From Candidatus Woesearchaeota archaeon (GTDB lineage: Archaea; Nanobdellota; Nanobdellia; Woesearchaeales; GW2011-AR4): a stretch of DNA of 64,000 nucleotides. The translations under genes and the position numbers were made by a program. How positions within the stretch are numbered: the stretch's first letter is position 1; each line of letters begins with the position of its first letter. Below are positions 59,715 to 64,000 of the stretch, one piece after another. The stretch spans positions 6,809-70,808 of the forward strand of contig JAGVYA010000040.1 of NCBI GenBank assembly GCA_018303505.1. The letters run 5' to 3'. A model generated the notes under the pieces. The model was not told the DNA's origin. It did not search any database and saw only the letters and a list, made by a program, of their open reading frames with translations.

Positions 59715-60182
59715 GTGGCTAAACAGAAAACCATATCAAAAGACATTCCTCTGGCAGAAATTACTTTGAGAAGGTACGAAAAGCCAGCAAACTTAAGCGA
59801 AAGGGAATTAGTAAGAAAGCTTTGCCTGTCTATTGGATTGCTGCAGCCAGGCGATTCTAGGGATGTTGTTGTAGATGTCCTTAATGTTTTGATTAAGGCA
59901 AAAAAAGAGCAAAAAAGCTGGACAAGCGATGAAATCTGCAGTCTTGTAATTGAAGAAAGAAAAAAATTAAAATTGCCAATGCTTGGCATTGCATCCTCAA
60001 ATATAAGAAGGCAATTGAAGAGATTAAAAGATTCATTACTTGTTGAAAAAAGGCTTAACGCTTACAGAATAACAGAGCATGATAATTTGAATCAAATCTT
60101 TGAAGACAAAATTGAGAAAATGTTGCTGCCAAGCATTAATTCTAGGATCAAGGAATATTTGAAGAGGATTGACGAATTGTAA
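59715..60182 (+). CDS. Conserved archaeal wHTH-like protein
   Basis: EITLRRYEKP, LCLSIGLL, SNIRRQLKRL. Confidence 0.7.
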   Translation: MAKQKTISKDIPLAEITLRRYEKPANLSERELVRKLCLSIGLLQPGDSRDVVVDVLNVLIKAKKEQKSWTSDEICSLVIEERKKLKLPMLGIASSNIRRQLKRLKDSLLVEKRLNAYRITEHDNLNQIFEDKIEKMLLPSINSRIKEYLKRIDEL

Positions 60183-60212
60183 AAATTTAAATATAACTTA
60201 AATTTTCTGTTT

Positions 60213-60779
60213 TTGATGGATTTAGCATGGGGTGATGAAAGGACAAAGCAATTCGTTACCAATGTAGGCCTGATTACAAGCAATGGGCCTTATGGCAACA
60301 ATATAATGGCTTGTGAATGGACCCACCATGTTTCTTATGAACCTGGATTAATTGTAGTTTGTATAAGGCCAACTGATGCAACTCATGATAATATTGCGAA
60401 GACAAAAGAATTCGGAATTAGCTTGTGCGCTTCTGACCAAAATTTAATTTCAAGTATTTCTGGAGGCAATTCCGGGAAAAGTGTTGATAAGATTAAGGCT
60501 TTAAAAGAACTTGGCTTTAAATTTTTCAAGGGCAAAAAAACAAATGTATTATTAGTTGAAGGTGCTGCAGTGAATGCCGAGTGCAAATTAGTTAAAGAAA
60601 TTACACTTGGTGATCATACAACTTTTGTAGGAGAAGTGGTTGAAGCATATTCTGTTAAAGGCAAAGAACCGCTTGTCTATCATGGCCAAAGATATTGGAA
60701 GCTTGGCCCAAACATTCCAAAACCGCCACAAAATGAATTGGATAGAATAAGTAGAGTTATTGAAAGATATAAGAAGTGA
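60213..60779 (+). CDS. Flavin reductase-like FMN-binding protein
   Basis: VSYEP, THDNI, SGKSVDK, GDHTTFVGEV, PLVY. Confidence 0.9.
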   Translation: MMDLAWGDERTKQFVTNVGLITSNGPYGNNIMACEWTHHVSYEPGLIVVCIRPTDATHDNIAKTKEFGISLCASDQNLISSISGGNSGKSVDKIKALKELGFKFFKGKKTNVLLVEGAAVNAECKLVKEITLGDHTTFVGEVVEAYSVKGKEPLVYHGQRYWKLGPNIPKPPQNELDRISRVIERYKK

Positions 60780-60927
60780 TTTTATTTTAATAAATTAAAA
60801 TTTCATATTTTATGCTCGTCTAAAAAACGAAATATTTAAATACATGCTCAATTTTGTATTCGATAAATAAGACGGGGGTTGTTTGACATCGTCTTAACAA
60901 TGAAAAACAGAGGGAGGTAAATCTAAA

Positions 60928-61176
60928 ATGGCAGAAAAAGTAGCAAAAGTTGGGGTAAAAAAACAAGCAGGCTACCTTTATTTTGTGGATAAGAAAGGAA
61001 ATGTAGCCAGAGCCAAGATGTCAAGAGGCGGCAGAAAGAAAGGCAAAGCCAAGGTTGAATTTGTGGCTAAAGCCGGTGTAAAGAAAAAGTCCGGTTACTT
61101 GTACTTTATTGACAAGCACGGCGATATATCAGCGGCAAAGATGGCACGCGGCGGAAGAAAGAAGAGAAGAAGATAA
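60928..61176 (+). CDS. Small basic two-repeat protein
   Basis: Two copies of VAK.GVKK..GYLYF.DK.G....AKM.RGGRKK; GGAGGT SD. Confidence 0.85.
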   Translation: MAEKVAKVGVKKQAGYLYFVDKKGNVARAKMSRGGRKKGKAKVEFVAKAGVKKKSGYLYFIDKHGDISAAKMARGGRKKRRR

Positions 61177-61178
61177 AT

Positions 61179-61210
61179 TCTTTTTTTATTTTTTTTATTT
61201 TCTATTTTTA
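61179..61210. terminator. Oligo-T tract between convergent genes
   Basis: TTCTTTTTTTATTTTTTTTATTTT directly after the stop codon. Confidence 0.45.
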
Positions 61211-62115
61211 TATTCTATAGCTAATAATTTCTTTAAGGAATAAATTGCAACTTTAATTTGCCTGTCATTAGGCTCTTTTGTAGTGATTTTTTGAAGCCAT
61301 AAGCCGGGCATTGAAACCAATTTAAACAAAAAATTTTCCTGTTTTTTGTCGCTGATTTTCAATATTTCATATGAAATGCCTGCAATCGCAGGAATCAGCA
61401 GAATCCTAACTGGAAATAAAATGCTCCGTCTGGCCCAAGCATTCAAGCTCAAAAATTGGGGATAATAATAAATAACCAGAGACGGCAATATCGAAAAAAC
61501 AAAAATGCTGATTACAAACACAATCAACAAGAAAGACGTTCCGCATCTTGGATGCAGGGTGGTGAATTTTTTAACATTTGCAGTGCTAAGCTTTTTGCCT
61601 TTTTCATAGCAATGGATCGCTTTATGCTCAGCTCCATGGTATTGAAATAATACATTTACATCCTTCATAAATGATATCGCTGCAATATAGATTAAAAAAA
61701 TTAGAATTCTTATAACGCCATCGACGAAGTTGAACAGCATTGGCTTTTCTTCCTCAGCAAATCCCAATAGATTTGTTAAAAAATAAGGCAGTGCTATGAA
61801 GAATGATATTGCAAATACGGCAGAAAGGGTTATTGCTAAAATAATATCCTTTCTTCCCATTTTTTCTTCCTTAGGAGCTGCTTGCTGAGCAGACCACATT
61901 ATTGATTTCATTCCAATAACTAACATCTCTATAAGATTAACAAATCCGCGAATAAAGGGCCATTTCAAGAAATCATATTTTTTCTTTGGAATTGCAGCTT
62001 TTTTCACTACAATTCCTTTGTTCTTTCTCACAGCCACAACATATTTGCTAGGGCCCCTAATCATTACTCCTTCAATTACTGCTTGACCGCCTACGTTGAG
62101 TTTTTTATAAGCCAT
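61195..62115 (-). CDS. DUF1385 family membrane protein
   Basis: VGGQAVIEGVM, YHGAEHK, HPRCGTSF, TTKEP. Confidence 0.93.
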   Translation of the reverse strand: MAYKKLNVGGQAVIEGVMIRGPSKYVVAVRKNKGIVVKKAAIPKKKYDFLKWPFIRGFVNLIEMLVIGMKSIMWSAQQAAPKEEKMGRKDIILAITLSAVFAISFFIALPYFLTNLLGFAEEEKPMLFNFVDGVIRILIFLIYIAAISFMKDVNVLFQYHGAEHKAIHCYEKGKKLSTANVKKFTTLHPRCGTSFLLIVFVISIFVFSILPSLVIYYYPQFLSLNAWARRSILFPVRILLIPAIAGISYEILKISDKKQENFLFKLVSMPGLWLQKITTKEPNDRQIKVAIYSLKKLLAIEYKNRK

Positions 62116-62148
62116 ATTAGATCTTTTTGTAGTTTATCGGATAATAAA

Positions 62149-62646
62149 TCAAATATCCCAAGCTTTGCTGTCGTCAACTACTAAAATGATGTCGTGTTTT
62201 GGTACGTATAAAATACACTGACTTGGGGAACTTCCATCATTAAACATTAATTGATAATGGGCATGCGGAAAATTGCGCCTGAAAACTTCAAGCACTGTCC
62301 GTCTAAGTTCTATTTCAAATTCTTTTGTCTTAGTTTTATGGTCCAGAGATAAAGCTTTCCTTATATTTGTTCCAGCTATTATGATTTCAAGATTGCCACT
62401 TTGTCCGCCATACTCACTTATAGCTGGTGAAAGCTCTTCCCTGAGCTTTTGCTGAATCTTTTTTAAAGCATCCTCCCCTCCTCCGTTATCAAAATGTCCT
62501 ATATAACCTTCTTTTCTTGTGGTATGATGGATTACATATGATGTGCAATACGTCGCCTCTGGAGAGATTCCTACATCATAGCCTTTAACTTTTGCTATAC
62601 TTGCCCTAGAAGGTATACCATTATAGACATTAATAAGATTCTCCAT
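62149..62646 (-). CDS. Hypothetical protein with CheD-like Cys/His pattern
   Basis: ATYCTSYVIH......GYIGHFD and LEIIIAG. Confidence 0.5.
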   Translation of the reverse strand: MENLINVYNGIPSRASIAKVKGYDVGISPEATYCTSYVIHHTTRKEGYIGHFDNGGGEDALKKIQQKLREELSPAISEYGGQSGNLEIIIAGTNIRKALSLDHKTKTKEFEIELRRTVLEVFRRNFPHAHYQLMFNDGSSPSQCILYVPKHDIILVVDDSKAWDI

Positions 62647-62731
62647 TTCTTCTCGAAATTAAGGGGCTTTTATAAAATTTACTACATCCTCTCCAAAACC
62701 TTTATATCTATTCAATTATTGTCCTTTAATT

Positions 62732-63184
62732 ATGAAATGCCCTTACTGCAACTATGAGGAAACACAAGTAATTGACACGAGAGAAACTGAAAACCTAGAA
62801 GCCACTAGGAGAAGAAGGGAGTGCTTGAAGTGCAACAAAAGATTCACAACTTATGAAAGGGTTGAGGGAGCTGAGATTATTGTTGTCAAAAAAGACGGCG
62901 GAAGAGAACGCTTTGAAAGGCAAAAACTGCTTAATGGCATCTTAAAGGCTTGCGAAAAAAGAAATATAAGTCTTGAAAAGATTGAAAAGCTTGTTGACGA
63001 AGTGGAGTCAGACTTGAGAAAAAGGGATTCTGTTGAAGTTGAAAGCAAAATAATTGGAGAAATAGCAATGAAAAAGCTCAAAACCTTGGATAAAGTTGCT
63101 TACATAAGATTTGCTTCTGTTTACAGGGAGTTTGAAGACTTGGAAAGGTTTGAAGAAGAACTGGAGAAGTTGCAGAAAAAATGA
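62732..63184 (+). CDS. nrdR: Transcriptional repressor NrdR
   Basis: MKCPYC, RRRREC..C.KRFTTYE, ATP cone, VAYIRFASVY. Confidence 0.97.
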   Translation: MKCPYCNYEETQVIDTRETENLEATRRRRECLKCNKRFTTYERVEGAEIIVVKKDGGRERFERQKLLNGILKACEKRNISLEKIEKLVDEVESDLRKRDSVEVESKIIGEIAMKKLKTLDKVAYIRFASVYREFEDLERFEEELEKLQKK

Positions 63185-63741
63185 TCATCGGCCTCACAGG
63201 CAAAAACGCTTCCGGCAAAGGGGAAGCTGCAAATTACCTTAAATCAAAAGGATTTGTTTATTACTCGCTTTCTGATGTAATTAGGGAAGAAGCAACAAAA
63301 AGAGGAATTGGGCATTCAAGGGATAACTTGATTAATTTGGGAAATGAGTTAAGAAAAAAATTTGGCCCAGATTATTTAGCAAAGCAGATTAACATTAAAA
63401 TAAAGCAACAGCTAAAAAAGAAAAAAAACTTTGTGATTGACAGCATAAGAAGCCCGCATGAAGCAAAAGAACTGATTAAAAACAAAGGATTTATCCTTGT
63501 TGGAGTTGACGCTCCGATTGAATTGAGGTTTAAAAGGCTGCTTGAAAGAAACAGGTTGGGAGATGCGAAAACATTGGAGGAATTCAAACAACAGGAGCAA
63601 AGAGAAAATTTAAAAAGCGACACCAATCAACAACTTGATACCACATTCAGTATGGCTGAAAAGATTATTTTAAATGAAAGCTCACTAAAGGAATTGCATA
63701 AAAAGATTGATAATTTGTTAAAGGAAGTTGGGGGTAAATAA
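63181..63741 (+). CDS. P-loop nucleoside/nucleotide kinase (dephospho-CoA-kinase-like)
   Basis: GLTGKNASGKG, SLSD.IR, IDSIR..E, RFKR..R. Confidence 0.85.
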   Translation: MIIGLTGKNASGKGEAANYLKSKGFVYYSLSDVIREEATKRGIGHSRDNLINLGNELRKKFGPDYLAKQINIKIKQQLKKKKNFVIDSIRSPHEAKELIKNKGFILVGVDAPIELRFKRLLERNRLGDAKTLEEFKQQEQRENLKSDTNQQLDTTFSMAEKIILNESSLKELHKKIDNLLKEVGGK

Positions 63742-63774
63742 AAAATCCATAGAAATTAGATAAAATCAATACTC

Positions 63775-63905
63775 CTTCGGCAAATTTTACTCGCGGCTGG
63801 TAGCTAAGCGAGCGAAAGCGAGCTTTCGCATTCCACTGCCGCGACATACATTTTAAAGATGTATAGCGAGCTGGGTTAATGCCCAGCGAGAGTAGATTTG
63901 CGAAG
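63775..63905. other. GC-rich multi-branched palindromic intergenic element
   Basis: Outer GCAAATTTTACTC/GAGTAGATTTGC; inner TCGCGGC/GCCGCGA, GCGAAAGC/GCTTTCGC, ATACAT/ATGTAT, GCTGGG/CCCAGC. Confidence 0.7.
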
Positions 63906-63946
63906 CATATTAAATAAAATCAAAATAATATAGAAAATAAATAAAA

Positions 63947-64000
63947 ATGACAAGAGTAAATTGGGAACCATATTTTATGAACATTGCCAAGCAGGTTGCA
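63947..64000 (+). CDS. Probable dCMP deaminase, N-terminus (runs off window)
   Basis: MTRVNWEPYFMNIAKQVA matches the W..YFM.IA..VA start of ComEB/dCMP deaminases; nrdR-kinase context. Confidence 0.65.
   Translation, partial: MTRVNWEPYFMNIAKQVA

Overview
Archaeal chromosomal segment, most likely from a DPANN/Woesearchaeota-like organism (inferred from eS1, proteasome beta, aCPSF1, family-B polymerase, Bud32, TATA-box promoters and BHB tRNA introns, alongside bacterial-type gyrB, nrdR and fabI). It holds a de novo purine cluster (purL/Q/S/E/C/B/M, with purB fused to a winged HTH), housekeeping genes (gyrB, hisS, proS, ileS, polB, map, prs), two VapBC pairs and a direct-repeat-flanked PIN cassette. 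There are four tRNAs, three interrupted by introns (59/60; 10/11 plus 37/38; and a 127-nt 37/38 intron). A ~10 kb bacterial-style glycan island (GT2, lytic transglycosylase, deacetylases, WbqC, GNAT-DegT, beta-barrel-like protein) ends in an IS remnant. The most unusual signal is non-coding: dispersed multi-hairpin elements with conserved scaffold, covarying stems and variable loops. They sit downstream of genes, as an in-frame insertion in bud32 (possibly also proS), as an inverted pair bracketing gyrB, and with similar architecture inside a tRNA intron. No CRISPR array or rRNA was seen. All assignments come from reading motifs by eye; no searches were run.
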